Source of the DNA: Phallusia mammillata
Lineage: Eukaryota
Direction: 5' to 3'
DNA: 64,000 nt
NCBI GenBank assembly: GCA_965637545.1
Contig: OZ281495.1
Coordinates: 22,382,001 to 22,446,000, forward strand
Part shown: positions 1 to 13,872 of the stretch, piece after piece
Numbering within the stretch: the first letter of the stretch is position 1
Layout: each line of letters starts with the position of its first letter
Made by a program: the position numbers and the translations under genes
Notes under the pieces: generated by a model
Databases searched by the model: none
What the model saw: the letters and a program-made list of their open reading frames with translations, nothing else
What the model was told of the DNA's origin: nothing

Positions 1-1310
1 CTCTGGATCAGGGTTCAACTCTATTCAGACCAAGATCATAGAGTGAAGCATCGTGATAAATACGTTGACGTTTGAAATTTAACCAACTATAACACTTAAA
101 TAGATCTGTTGACTTGTATAAACGTTTATGGCTAGTACTTACAAAACAGCTGGTGCACAAGTACAGAACGATACGAAAGCCATTGTGTACATCGTGTGAC
201 GCCAGTCGGGAAATAGGTAGTTAATAACAGGCAGTATTGCTGATCCGGTCGAAAAGCTCGACATTTGCAGCAAGAGCAGAAGCGAACGATGACGGTTTGG
301 GGCAGACTCCTGGACTAAAAAGAAACCATTTTAAAAAAAGATTTGAAAACACTGTCGTACACAATGAAACCATACTTACGCAGCACGACTGAAGACGAAA
401 TACGGAAAATGTTAAACATGCCCCCCGCAAACACCCAGATAAAGATTACCGGAAGCGCATAGGATAATGCAAGTAAAATAGCACAAACCAGGTTTCCTGC
501 TACACCGGCGAGAAAAATTGGTCGGCGCCCAAACCTATTACAAAAACGATTATAAATCACTAAATACAATTACCAAATCTCGCAACAAAATGAAATTCAA
601 AAGATCGGTTAAAATGGAATCTGGTTAACACACCTATCGGATAAAACACCACCAACAAGAGACCCCAACATCATTCCACCCATTAGCATAGTCGAAACCA
701 GCGGCTTCAGCCAGTCGTTGTCACATACGAGGTCAAACTGCATATCATGTCATTTGGTTTGTACTATAAGCAAGACTTCTAAACAGCCACGATAAAACAT
801 AGACATAGCTTACCTCTGTAACAACAGTATGGTGGCCTTCAGGCATCTCGTATACCCAGCCGAGACTACACGTTTCGCTTACATTTCGATGCGCTAAAAA
901 CCCACAAGTTCGAAATTAGACAAAAAGTTAGACTCTACAGATAATTGCAACTTTATTCGGCAAGTCAGTTTGGGTTAAGGGCACTCACGTGAATGTTCGT
1001 AGCAACTTGAATTATTTTGCCAATTTTCCGATGTTCCGTTTCTACAAAATTGGATTTTGAAAAGGAATTACAGCCGGATAGCTTACTGAATGTAAGACAG
1101 TTACGAAACATACTTTTGCTGATGAGCAAGGTCGGCTTGCTTCTCACTGCTGTTGAATAAGGGTCGACATCTGTGCGCAGGTTTGTGAAGTAGAAATACA
1201 GGATAAATCAAAAACATCCCACATGAGAACCAGCACAACACCAATGCAGCGATGCCAAAACTTCGAAAACACTTGTCAGAACAGGCCATTGCGCGAAACC
1301 TTTCTGACAT
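1..1310 (-). CDS. SLC22-family organic cation/anion transporter (MFS), multi-exon, 3' end runs off the window
   Basis: Spliced translation gives family motifs VFLLHKPAHRC, CSLGWVYE...TVVTE|FDLVCDNDW, GGVLSDR|FGRRP and YLFPDWRH, with GT-AG introns in frame. Start ATG (MSERF, 1310) is the best guess. Confidence 0.85.
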
Positions 1311-1478
1311 TAAACATTCGTTATACAATCTGTAAAAAGGTATGTGTGATACAGTAGTTTCTAAAACAGCAGCACAGCCTTTGTGTTTTATACACGACAC
1401 TGTCAACATAAGGCATGAAACAGGATGACTGCCGACTCGGTTCGACTTCCGTACGGCAAAGCACTGTTCCCTATAATG

Positions 1479-1786
1479 CAGTGGTTTTCAGCCTTTCTCA
1501 TATTTTTTTCATTTTTACCAGAATAAACTCTTCAGGCAAAAATAATGGGCCTAAGCTTGCTTGTCCGTTCGGTTTTCACACTATCCTGCAAAATATGAGA
1601 AAGGTTGAGTATCCTGTTACAAAACAAGTTTGCATCGAATGATTTGACTGTTTTGTTGCTTTCAGATGTTTCCATTTTATAATTGCTGATTAAATGTTTA
1701 GCAAAGGCCTTCGCTACCTCCAGTAAAGTGGCATATGACCCCCACGTGGGGATACGGGGGTCGCGACTCACTGGTTGAAAACCGCT
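1479..1786. mobile_element. hAT-like MITE, degenerate TSD
   Basis: Ends CAGTGGTTTTCAGCC ... GGTTGAAAACCGCTG with subterminal GGGGTCGCGAC; no clean 8-bp TSD. Confidence 0.7.
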
Positions 1787-1884
1787 GTCCTATAGGGTAT
1801 TAAATCCTCTTCTTGCGTGCAATGAAGGAAAGTTCAAGACAACTTTACATTTGTTTCTCTTCCTTGACATTATTGTCTCTTGGT

Positions 1885-2308
1885 CAGGGGTTCCCAACCT
1901 TTTTACGATCTCGTACCACTTGGACGCTCTGTAATGCCACACTTACCACTTCTTGCAGAACAACTAATTTGATCAATTTACATGTTATTCAAAAGCAGAA
2001 TATTGGCCGCGCGGTGTAAATTTGCTATTTGACATACTTAAAGCCCACTGTCCCACAGCATTGTAGGGCTTTTTAAAGCAACTGTGCTTCTTGTTGACAA
2101 TTGACGTAACCTGCAGTTGAAGATCGTAATGATACGAAACAACAGGAATAGTTACGTGACAATTAGAATAGGCTTCGGGACTTTCTTGTAAACAAAACCA
2201 AAAAAACTAAACATAAAGTTGTGATTCCAGATTTTTGTGAAAAAAAAAACGGAAGCTACTCGCGTACCACCTGAAAAACCTACGCGTACCACAGGTTGGG
2301 AACCCCTG
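1885..2308. mobile_element. hAT (Charlie/Buster-type) MITE, family A copy 1
   Basis: TIR CAGGGGTTCCCAACC / GGTTGGGAACCCCTG; 8-bp TSD ctcttggt/ctctaggt; inverted sister copy at 27147-27493. Confidence 0.9.
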
Positions 2309-3397
2309 CTCTAGGTGTACAAAATTGGTATTGATGGACCGCTAAACGAAGCTTTCAGTTATGGTTGATTGCACTCACCTACGCTTGAATATACCTTACT
2401 TGGCGTTTAGTCTCGGTCTCTTACACAGCCATGCACAATTTAGAAAGTTATTGAATTTGCACCATTGAAATCACAAAACTAACAATGCGGTAGTTCTTCT
2501 ACTATCATAACATTTACAGTATATCAAAGTACAGTCAAATTATTTTGATGAATGTCTCTGCATACTTAACAAAAACGAGGCATAATAGGCCAGGCTCAGA
2601 GCTGTGAGTGATCAAGGTCAAGCGGTTGTCAACGTCACAATAGCGGCCACGAAAAAGTAGAGCGATTGGCTTATGGTGACCATAGTAACATCTCTCCTGC
2701 ACTATTTAACCTAAACCAAAACTAAAAAATTCTGCAGGGCAAATTAAAAACAGCGGCAACGTCAGTATAACCACAACAAATATATACTTCTCACACGAGT
2801 CGTGCTTCCTGTTATGCTCGCCACATAATTTTCATTTCTAATATATGTAATATTAAATAAATGTATAAGGACAAAAGCGTACCAAATGAGGGGGGACGAT
2901 ATATAGGGCGTTTTACCGATTGTTAAACTTGCGAATCTTTTGGATCAAAAACCAGTATAGCTGTCGATTAAAAGCTAAAATGATAACATGGTACAAGCAT
3001 AGTATACTATGGTGCAAGTAAATTCTGGCTTTACTTTAGACGACACAAATATGTAGCCTAGATTGGTTTATTTAGTGAACCAAACAAATATGCCACAGGT
3101 ATAAACGCTAGATTCAATACGAACGCAACATTTAAAAAAATCCGTTGTGAGTGTTGCCGCACGATTATGCTACATCTATCTTCGGGACTTGAGATCCGTT
3201 TGATAATTTATAAACGACTCTTTGAAAACTGACAAAAATCAAAAAGATTTATTTCACGTTTAATATCAATGCGATAATTGAGAGCCGAATCTTTAATCTA
3301 TATTTTAGCACTTAAAATAACAACATGCTAAAGGTTAATCAGCATGTTACCACTGTGGACAGTGTTCATATCATTTCTTTTAACTTGGTACCAGAGA

Positions 3398-3495
3398 CAG
3401 GCCAAAACTGCAATCGTTCTGTTTGGCCGAACACCGAGCATCTCACTTTAACGCTTGGTGCTTGGTCGAGCACGCTTGGTGTATTGTGACGCTCA
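3398..3495. repeat. Dispersed repeat fragment; reverse-complement copy at 12436-12512
   Basis: ggccaaaactgcaatcgttctgtttggccgaacaccgagcatctc matches the reverse complement of gagatgttcggtgttcgaccaaacagaacatttgtagttttggcc. Confidence 0.7.
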
Positions 3496-3593
3496 CACGC
3501 TGTTCTCATTTACATGGTGTTTTTTTTTACTTTTTTACATCCCTTTTATAGTCCCCAGGCCCGTGTTTAAGCCGGTGAAGGTACCTCTTACAT

Positions 3594-4366
3594 CAGTGGT
3601 TCTCAAAGTATGGGTCGCGACCCAAACATGGGTCGCGCAGGGTCAAAAAATGGGTCGCGCTATAGTGATTCAATTCTGAACGAACTATTACTGCATTAAG
3701 TAAACACAAACAAATTTACTTAATGCAGTAGCAAAGTCAACTCACTCGACCACGTTTTACATTAAAATGAACCATTCATCACTATATACAGACGACAATA
3801 GGCTTCCAACTTTACTGTCACGCACATGGCGATTGTGACGTCGTAACACGGGGAATAATAGGACAAGTATTCGTACAAGGAAACATGTTTAGATTTGGGA
3901 TTCACTTCTATCAACGATCATGCTGCAAAGCCACGATGTGTGTTGTGTTATGTAGTGTTGTCGAACGAATCGACCTCGTTAAGCCTGCAGCCATTTAGGC
4001 ATGCTATGCGGCGACGACGTGGCCTCGAAATTGCAGTCCGTTTCGTTGTCGAACAGGACAGTTAAAAGTCGAATCACAGACCTTTTACTGAATATAAATA
4101 TCAAGTGGTCTCTTGAATGAAAAATAGAGCCGTGCATTGAAGATTTATAAAAGAAAAATTTCAATTTAATGAAACACGCTACAATAAATCAATCATTTGT
4201 TTCTAATTAATCATTGTTTCATAGTACTGTGTACTACAACTGGCTGTCTGCGTCTTTTTTCATGCATATCAGAAGAAAATATATTTTTTGATGTTTGGAG
4301 CTTGGGTCGTGAGATGTTCATATAACTCAGATTTGGGTCGCGGTCAAAAAAGTTTGAGAACCACTG
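3594..4366. mobile_element. hAT (Charlie/Buster-type) non-autonomous element
   Basis: TIR CAGTGGTTCTCAAA / TTTGAGAACCACTG; perfect 8-bp TSD tcttacat; subterminal GGGTCGCG repeats. Confidence 0.92.
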
Positions 4367-4636
4367 TCTTACATAGTATGTGAAACACTTTTGAGTGTGC
4401 GTGTTCCCACTATTCGACAATTTTAAAAACATCCACTTTTAATCTTGGGATCTAACTTCGGTACGTCAGCAGTGAACGAATCACACATTTACACGTAATT
4501 TGCCTGTTACATTATTGTGTAATAAGCAAGTAATCAATTCATAGTGCGGTTTTACGGGGATTGTCTAACGCTCGGCTTAGTTACTGCGACCGAACATCGC
4601 ATGGTGCTCAGGTTCTGGCTCGGTTAGGCCATGGAA

Positions 4637-5231
4637 CAGCGGTTCCCAACCTTTCTGGCACCGCGACCCCTTGATAACATTTGCCAAGCTGCGGTGAGCC
4701 CAAGGATAAAATTAATTGGCTATATGTTAAAATTTACTTCTAAATCCCCGAAAATTTACTCCGCACTGTACTTTTTTTCCTTATACTCGCATCATGGTTA
4801 GTCTAAAATTGTGCAAAATATACTTAGTTGACTATTATATAAAGAATATAGTGATATTACCGCGAGAATACTACACTAGTTGACAGGTGCTGACTTGGTG
4901 ATTATGTATTATAAATGCAGTATTATTACGTATTAAAAAGCAATAATCAGCAATTTATGAGCACAATTAGGTCTTCAAAAATTAAAGATTGCTGTAGTTA
5001 CAAGTTTAGATACCGTACTAATTGACGCACAATAGGTGGAAATAGTGTTGAGCACTGTTCTTTTGTATTTCATTTGTTAAATTAATTTCAGACCAAAATG
5101 CTTGTGTTTGCTTACACTATTTTTTCCATCAAAAATAAAGGGGACCTTGGCCCAAAACGAGTTGTGATCCACTACCTTAGGTCACCCCAGGCAAATTGTC
5201 AGGCGACCCCAGTTGGGGTCGCGACCCACAG
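4637..5231. mobile_element. Truncated hAT-like MITE
   Basis: Left end CAGCGGTTCCCAACC...GCGACCCC; right subterminal GGGGTCGCGACCCACAG with the terminal TIR missing. Confidence 0.6.
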
Positions 5232-6161
5232 TATTCTATGGTTAGGTCAAGCACAAATAAATTTACTACCTGTGTAGATATAATATCGATATGACATTAA
5301 AATCTAAGTCACCTTCGATTGTAAGCCACACAAACAGTGGGTTAAACAATAAAGCCGCGGCTAATACTGAAATAAATTATTATTATTTTTATCTTTTGTT
5401 TTGATTCAACCGCAAGCCGGCGCCTATTTTAAAATATGCTTGGTGGTTTCCCATTTCCAATTCACATTTTCATCCTGGCAACACGTTGGGTAACTTGGGT
5501 AATAAATGCATTTCACTTTTTTTCCTCTTTTTGAACATGTCCCCGGGAAATCTAGTTTTCTTTGGACAAGTTAAGATTGGTTTAATATGTAAACACTCTA
5601 TCACATGCAAGTTTTTTTTAATTATGTCATTAAAGAGGGTATCAACTATCAAGCAAGGGTTTCGGAAGGATCCGTGTGGCCTGTGGTAAGGTCCGTGTGG
5701 CCTGTGGTATCATTTTACTTTGGTACTTCATTTTGTACACCAATAATAGTTTTTTTTTAATTATTAACCAATTTGACAGTATAATTTTCCAAAACAAAAT
5801 AAGGTAGAAATCCTTGTGTGTCAGTGTCATAGTAAAAAAAAGTTATGTGTCATAACTATATATAGTAAGTATACTTAAACAAATATCTTTGAGACCCATT
5901 TCAAAGTAATCTGCACGCAGATTATTAGTGCGTCTTTCAATTGGTAAAACAATGTAATAAATGATGGAAAGTAATGACTGTCAAAACTAAGAATAAAAAA
6001 AAACATTAAAAAACACAGTTTTTTTTACATAAAATCATGTAAAAAACAAACATTTCCCTTTTAATCTTGCATGATGCTACATGCTTACAAACATTGTAAA
6101 AAAAATTCTAAACTACATCTTTTTTAGATAACAAATATTTTCTTTTATAGAATCAATTAGT

Positions 6162-9100
6162 ATGCCAGTTTGTTCTGTCTGCGATGGTGAGACATTTGAT
6201 GTTGTAAATGGCTTGTACTTCTGTCGCTTGTGTAGCACACAGTCACAGGAAGTCATCGAAGAGGAATTAGAATATTCCCTGGGTGATGGACAAAGAGCAC
6301 TTTATGAGAAAAGGACAAAGTCCAAGGTTGACCAGGGAAAACCATGGTATACAGTTGAAGGGTTCCAGGTATGCAGTAAATCTTATCACATTTATGTAAT
6401 GAACCTAGTTTTTGCTAAACATATTCACTGATGCAAAGTTGTCCCATGAATCAATGTGTATGGCTATTATTTTTGCTTTGGTAAATGCAACGCAAGAATC
6501 AAAATAATTTACATAGGTACAAAGTTTTCAAGTTGTGTATGGTATGTACTTATTATATTTATTCATGTATTGAAGGTTATTCTAAAAGCCCAAGTAGATG
6601 CTCTAATTAAACTTGGTTGCACACCAAAACTGAGTGAGATTGTACAGCAAATATGGCTTAAGTATGTCCACATAAGTGGCATAGCATGCATCGACCCACA
6701 CATTTCTCAACAAAAGCAAATCCTTAAATCATTTCGTGATGAATATTTGACTGGAGTTTTGGGAGGTTTTCCTGAGGCAGAAGAAACACTACCCTCTACA
6801 AAGCGTGCTACTGTAAAGCTGAGACTTTCAGCTAAGCAAAAAAAGAGGTGTGCAATGTTTTTTCAGTAATTGTAATATTTATTTTTATATTGTGCAGACT
6901 GAAGAATATTCCACCCTATTTTCATTAAGTTGGGTTGAGTTAATCCTTTCGAAAAGTTTGACCCAGCAATATGCCCAAAGGCCCCCAAAATAGTAAATTT
7001 TAAAATGATATTTTGTAGATGTAAGTTTTTAAAGGCTGTTAGGAGATAACTATCCATTTGGCTGTGGCATGGTGGTAAGTTATTGCTGGTCAATTGTATT
7101 GCAAGTCAAGTCTTTGCCGGGGACAGAAAGGAATGATTTGTTGCAATTGAACAATATGTTTTTACAAACATAAAAAAGATTGCATCCTAATAATATCGGT
7201 ACAAGTTTGCATTTACACATGTGTGTGGAAACCTGTTTATTTTATGCAGAAACAATTGTGTTGTTAAATGCCTGCTAAAGGTCCTGACTGAAATTGGGGA
7301 TCTATAAAAAACTAGGCAAATGTCCAAACATGACAAACAGATTGTGTGCATAACAATTAAATGGGAAGCAAAATATATGTACATCATTTTTTATTCTGGT
7401 TGGTGGTATTTTCTATTTATTTAAAACAATTGTGGTATTAAACTAATTAGACCTAATGCAAACTGTAGGACCCAGATATGGTTTAGGATACTACTCACTT
7501 TTCCAATTCTTTTACCTGTATTTACAGAAAAGAGAATTCTTCAGATGGTGAATCTTTAGATACGGACTCCTTTTTAAATGATAGTGAGGGAGATGAAACT
7601 AATTCCCAGTCAAATGCATGTTGGTAAAAATATGTTTGAATCAATTGGCATTTGATGTCAAAGACAATTTTTTAAAGGGTCAAGTAGATCTGATGAGGAA
7701 TGGTTTTCTTTGGACAGCAATTATGATTCTTCAGATTCAGGATCTGAAGATGCACCCAAAAAGGAAAAACGATACAGACGACCTGACAAGCGAGACCAAA
7801 AGTACTAAAATTTTCTGACCAAACATTTTTTTTCTGACTAAAATATAAATTCATAACTGGATCTGCCACAGCGATCATGATACACTTGTATATAAATCAC
7901 AGTATGCCAGGGCCATTGAAAGCGTTACACTGAATCAGCCAGTCACCAAGCACTCTCAAATGGCAAGGCACAGAATATAAAATTCAGCCTGAGGTGGGAC
8001 CCAGACCATGACGATTCCCGCCGGACTTGGGTTCCACCAACAGAGCCATGCAGGCCCAGTGGTGAACCCTTGCGAGTGCTTGGTGACCGGCTGATTCGGA
8101 GTAGTCTTCAAGGGGCCTGGCATACTGTTTAATGTAAGTTTATAGAAGTTATATACCAGGGGTGGCCAACCCGCTGCTCGCGAGCCGCATTCGGCTCCTT
8201 GCCTGGTTTTATGCGGCTCTTACATCGTTGTCGAAGTTTGGGACCACCATTAATTTTGGTTAGTTTGTGGCGATCTGGTATAAACTCGTTAAATGTAAAG
8301 TAAACCTATTACAATTTTGCTTTTGAACAAACTTACTATCGGTATGGCCACAAACCTTGCCTTGAAACTGTAACCTGGCAAATGGCCTGATTATGACGAC
8401 AAATATTCAATTGTTAAACAATGAATGATTGCTCATTATTTTGTACAATGCGAATGAGACTCAAAGCAGCAGCAATATTTACAACACCGTGTTCCAAAAT
8501 AAATAATGTTTTAATCTGTTGTGTTTCGGGTTGACCAATGTTAAATTCTATGGGCAGTTTGTCTCCTGGTCTAGGTCTGAATGCAGCGATTGTTGGTGTT
8601 GCATGCATTAGTGACGTTGCATTGAACTTAGTTTCCACACCTTGCATTTTTGTAAAACTCGACGCCTAAGCTTGGGACGCATGCACATTAGTTGAAAATA
8701 CCGCAAAGTTTCTCATCAGGGACGATCTTTTGAGCAAACAATTTCTATTAAGTTAACCTTCAAAATGGTAGAGAAAAAATATTTTAGTACCAAACCAGAC
8801 ATGAATTTCATCGCACGGTTTTGTTTATGCAATTCACTGAATTGAGTGTTTGTGTGTGTCAGACAGTGCAAACCATTTATTGTTGCAAATGACAAGATCG
8901 TGGTCTGTACGAGCGAAAATGTGTGTGTGAGTATAATATGGCTCTTTGTGGTAACACAATTTAAAAATGTGGCTCTTTGTGTAACATAGTAAATAAAGTG
9001 GCTCTTTGTCTTTGACCGGTTGGCCACCCCTGTTATATATATTTGTTCAATGTTGGAAAAATGTTACTAATTGTTGTGGCATTCAGATGAAAACAATATG

Positions 9101-12051
9101 CTAAACCCACTATAAGGTTGCTGACCCGAGGTGTATGTGAAATGACAGTAAATGCTAAGCTACTCGTCTAAAATCCCAAATTTTGCTTGCAGGACAAGGG
9201 TCATAAAATCAAAAGTCAGAACGGAAAGGTCTCATATGAAGTTTCTCAACCACAAAAAGCTTATTGCTATATTGTTTATTGGCCTACAGTGGTGCAAGGA
9301 ACTTGTCACCATGGGAGATTTAATAACATGGATCAAACATGGATATTTACCATTTCTTGGTGTTTATAACGTTTATTTGTTATTTGTTAAATTAAAACCA
9401 TTGAATCATTGTGTAATATTTATTGTGTTGTTCAGTTAGTGGGCATCTAAACCTTTTAATTCCACCACCAACTATTGTACTATTTTTACGAATAAAAAGT
9501 TGTTTCCCCCATAGAGGAAAAAAAACATTTATTGTGTGACTGAAATACATACTAGCAACTACATTTTACAAACCAAAAAGAGTTCATTGTTTAATTTTGT
9601 TTGCAGATTCAGTTGAAAACCTACTTCCACATATGAAACTGGGTGACCTTGACATGAACCACTTTAATTTACAATACATACCTTCCTACACACAAGTAAT
9701 TCGGATTCACCGGTCACTACATACTGTGTTACTCTTAATTAACCATCAATCTTATATGTTTAGATTATCACAGTCTCAGATCAATTAGTAAAGTTTGTTT
9801 CAATGCCATCTGTTCCTGATGTAGACATTATGAAACTTGTTGCTAGATATGTGGTGCAAATGAATTTACCCCATGGATTGGTTCCATTTATTAACATGAT
9901 AAAATCAGATTTGAATTATCGAAGGTAAGTTCACTATAATATACTAGGTTTGTGCGGCTCTTCCCAAACAATTCCTTAGTATGCGCTCATAGTTTTATTG
10001 TAGAACCGTGAATAATTTGGGTGTATTTTAATGTGTTTTCTATTAAAGTAGCCCAGCCTGACACTGTTTGGGTCTTACATTGTGCTAAAATGATTGACTT
10101 GCTTGTCCAAAATAACAAATTATAAAGGCATCAAACCAACAACCAATGTGTTTGTGCAGTTTAAATTAATCTTGTGACACCAATTTTTGTTTCAGAAACA
10201 ATATTTATTCATGTCCAACTTATGTGCCTGATCTGGTGGCAGTCAGTTTGGTTATTATTGCATTGAAGTTACTCTATGGGTTGAATGACAAGCAAGAGTG
10301 GGACATGGATGAATCTGTCAGTGCTTGCAAGCATGACTCTGGTATTACAAGTTTGTTCTTGGTTAAAGAGTAGAATTGGAGTAGTAAATTCATCTTAGGT
10401 TTAGCTGCTTTTGCATAAAATTTTGTTGTTGTTTTTATAAAACTGTGACTAGTGTGGATGAAATATAACCAGCCAATCTATCTCGAAGTGGCAAGCAAGT
10501 TTTTTGTGTGTAACAACTTTTGGGCAATTTAAAGAGGTCCGTATAAGTTTGCGTTGGAATAATAGCTACTCTGCCAATTTGACGAGTAAAACTTTTACTG
10601 TGCAAGTCCTAAAAAGACTAGCATGTAAAGGTGCTTTTGTACACAGACAAGCACACCTGCAACGCTTTTACATGGGGTAAATGGAGCGGTTACCATCTTC
10701 GGCGACGTGGAGAAGCAAGACAACGTCCTGCACATTGCTTCGTTACGAACGATGTTGAAGAAATGCGAGATATTCATTCGCGTCAGGAACACTGGGATAA
10801 GGTTGTTCTAGCTGCGTGCATGACAGGGAAAGAGCGTACTGGAAAATCTTATGGCACAAGGTGGGATATGTGATAGGTTTAACAATCGTTTCGTGTGGTA
10901 AACGTGAGCTCTGACTAATTTTTGTTTGCGTCACATGCCGAATAAGCAGAAGTGTCTGCGCGAGGGAAACTTAAATTATGACATCGTGAGTGCATGTTTT
11001 TAGACCCGATATCCTTGTTTCATCAATAATTTATTGAAAAGTTATGAATATACGGTTGTTGCAAGGCATATTTCTTCCTTTTTGTTTGATCGGCAAATTT
11101 AAACAAACCATCCGACGTGTTGACGTCTCATATCCCGGTCTTCATTCACTTTGGTGTCAAAACGCCAGATGATTTGAAAATTTATGTTTGTCCTCAAAAC
11201 ACGGAAGCTTATTTCCACTAACACCGCACTATGTACACTCCAATTCAGGGGACTTCGTGAGCAGATGAAGACCCGATGCCGAGTGTTTGAGAAAATTTGT
11301 GAGGAACAGGGAAGCTCAGAGGAGATGGAGAGAAGGGGAATGGAACGAAAATTTCCTTTTGTCTTTCCAAAAGCTTCGCCAGGGGACGACATGTCCCAAT
11401 GCTGTATATGCAACGCGGTGCGAATGTTTTCTGACGAAGAACATCCGCAATATGTTTGGTACAACACCCGCTACACAAGGTTATTGAATAATGTTTAACT
11501 GAGAGGGGATAAGTTTACAAACAGATACTGTCCAAGTACTAGGGCGTAGGACCTTGCAAGAATAAATCATCGGGCGCACCGAATTTGCTTTTTGCCCCAG
11601 ACAGTTCAAAGGCTACTTAATTAAGCTGCAAAATCTTTGTACAGTTTTTTATCTCCAAATGCAAAATTTAATGCAAGTTGGAATCACTTAATTCTTTATT
11701 ATATCGTCGTAAATCACTTAGTTTCGTGTGAGTGTTTTATTTTCGTACCCAAACCGATTGGAGTTTACAAAAGTCTTAATTTACACATTATGTCACAGCA
11801 AAGATTTAAACAATTAACATATTTTTGTTTTAAGGTTTGAGAACAGTTTTGAAAAGCGGGACCCTGCCGGAAGGTACCACTATTCCTACGACGTTTCAAA
11901 CACTGGCGAAGAAACATTTCATGACTCGTACGAATTGATGCTGCAAATATGTGTCGAATTTACGTGTGCACCAAGAACAGTAATACACGAAACTGTCCAG
12001 GCGGTCGAGCGGGCTGTCGTGTGTCCCTACCTCAAACATGACGTCTCGTAA
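6162..12051 (+). CDS. TAF1B: TATA-binding protein-associated factor, RNA polymerase I subunit B (Rrn7 family), multi-exon
   Basis: N-terminal zinc ribbon CSVC...FCRLC, then W..EGFQ|VILKAQ, LIAILFIGLQWCKELVTMGDLITWIKHGYLPF, IIALKLLYGLND..EW, and C-terminal FHDSYELML...VERAV; stop TAA at 12049-12051. Confidence 0.88.
7899..8128. repeat. ~230-nt fold-back (long imperfect inverted repeat) in a TAF1B intron
   Basis: Arms ACAGTATGCCAGG...CACCAAGCACTC (7899-~7959) and GAGTGCTTGGTG...CCTGGCATACTGT (~8070-8128); nested hairpin 7993-8038; related fragment at 54224-54333. Confidence 0.8.
8157..9032. mobile_element. hAT (Buster/SPIN-like) non-autonomous element in a TAF1B intron
   Basis: TIR CAGGGGTGGCCAACC / GGTTGGCCACCCCTG; TSD ttatatac/ttatatat; subterminal (t/g)ggctcttt repeats. 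Confidence 0.9.
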
Positions 12052-12435
12052 TGTTATATAGACGTCATATAGTTTGACTTTTTACTGCAGTAAACTTTTT
12101 TTAGAATCGACGATGTCCTGCTGAATGCAGTCGAAGATATTTTGCAAAAGAAAGCTGCAATACGATTTTTTTAGAGTAGTGTTACGTGCACAAATGTAGC
12201 ATGCAAGCTGCATTTTTACACATTTGCATATTCGTGCCCTGCTCACATACGAAACTAATGTTCAAATGGGTATCCAACAACAAAGTTACTGTTTTTTTAA
12301 TGCATTAAACTCCAATTTAACGGTTGGCTGGGGGAAACGAGTGCTTCTGGGGCCTGTACAGCTTAATAGGCTACATCCTTGGTGACGTAAGGGTCATTGG
12401 AAAGTTCCAAAACTAGCGGGTAATTGGGAATTTTT

Positions 12436-12512
12436 GTGACGTCACAGTGCACCGAGCGTTTGCTTGAGATGTTCGGTGTTCGACCAAACAGAACATTTGT
12501 AGTTTTGGCCTA
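12436..12512. repeat. Dispersed repeat fragment (partner of 3398-3495)
   Basis: Reverse-complement similarity over about 75 nt. Confidence 0.65.
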
Positions 12513-13872
12513 TCCCTTATACTAGCCATTGAAACCATTAGTGTACGTATTTATAGTGAAATGTTCTTCCAAAAGGAAGACAAAACAAAGACTTAGAAAG
12601 ACGGTTATAGGCTGTTCTTGTGATTTACAACTATTTGATTGGTTGATATATCAGCCTGGGCTTTGACAAAGCTTTTGTAACCTATTTTATCGTCACTTGT
12701 AAGGTAAAACATTTTGAATCTACTTGTGTTAATAAACACTTGTATTTGAGTTGCCCAAAACATTAGGAATGAATTGAACTTTTACGTACACCCTTTTGTG
12801 TTTTCTCGCTTGACCAAGGATTTTAGCAGTCGTTTTAGTTCCAACTGCTGAAAAGACAGACAAGCTTGACAGCAACAATCCACGCAGTTTTTTTGTGTCC
12901 AAACCGTGACACGAAATGGCGCAATGACGCAGCGCTGTAATGATACATCACGTGACGTCGGCATGTCGATTCTTTGCCGCAGCACGTAACCACCGCCCCA
13001 CCAAAGCTAACGTCAGTTCTTGATGAGGCTTCTACCGTAACGACCAGTAAATGGCATTGATTTTCTTTCAACACCACAGATTGGTTCCCGGGTAGCGTGC
13101 AACAGACAACAGTACAAAGCTACCCAGTCTTGCAGATTACTTTTATTGAACACCCAAGCAAAAGAAAAGCGAACTCAAACACAAACGACTTGCTAATTAC
13201 AGGTGAAGGAAAAAAGGGAACGTAATTAAAACCGGGAAACACCAGAGAAGCCTTGTCGTCCCGAACAACGCGAAACAGTATGGGTGCTATTTTCATCCGT
13301 GACTATCAAAACATCGTCAGTCAACATACCAATGTACCTGTTGTGTGGGTGGATAAGTCAGGGCTGAATGGAAATCACATCAGCAGTGTGCGATTATGTA
13401 CAAGTCAGATTTGAAATACATCTGCTCAACGGTGCTTAAACCTGTTTCCTATGTGCATACTAATCGACAGTGACATACAGGTCTTCAGCTTAAGGAGCAA
13501 TTGCATCCTGTCAATAAATGCTGTACTACTACACTATTTTTACATAAAAATGTTTTTTGATCGGGTTACAACACAGTTAAATCAGTAGTTCATTTTTGTT
13601 GGTTTGTTTAAACAAAAATGTTTTGTCTTGGATAGATGACTCTTATAATAGGGAGTGTACCAGCAAGACAGACATGGCTACAACAAGCCAATCCTATTGT
13701 TGGAGTACAGCGACAAACAAAATTTCTACACCGTTCCAGTCAAAGCACACACACATAATGTTGAAAGCAAGCAGAGGGTAAACGATGCATGAAGTCAGAC
13801 CAGCAACTATATGGTTACACACACAAATGTTAACATTACAATCTTATGTTTAGCCTGAACACAAGTTTAAGT

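Noticed and set aside
5671-5709. Two-copy 21-bp tandem repeat (and a 45-bp two-copy repeat at 49630-49710)
   Set aside because: Ordinary local duplications; the second only duplicates a candidate poly(A) signal.
7899-8128. Fold-back as RNase P, SRP RNA, hammerhead or HDV-like ribozyme
   Set aside because: The required conserved cores are absent or in the wrong order on both strands.
11009-11228. U12-type ATATCCTT donor plus CCACTAAC/AC acceptor in TAF1B
   Set aside because: It would need a 5-nt microexon; a single GT-AG intron 10861-11248 already joins the exons in frame.
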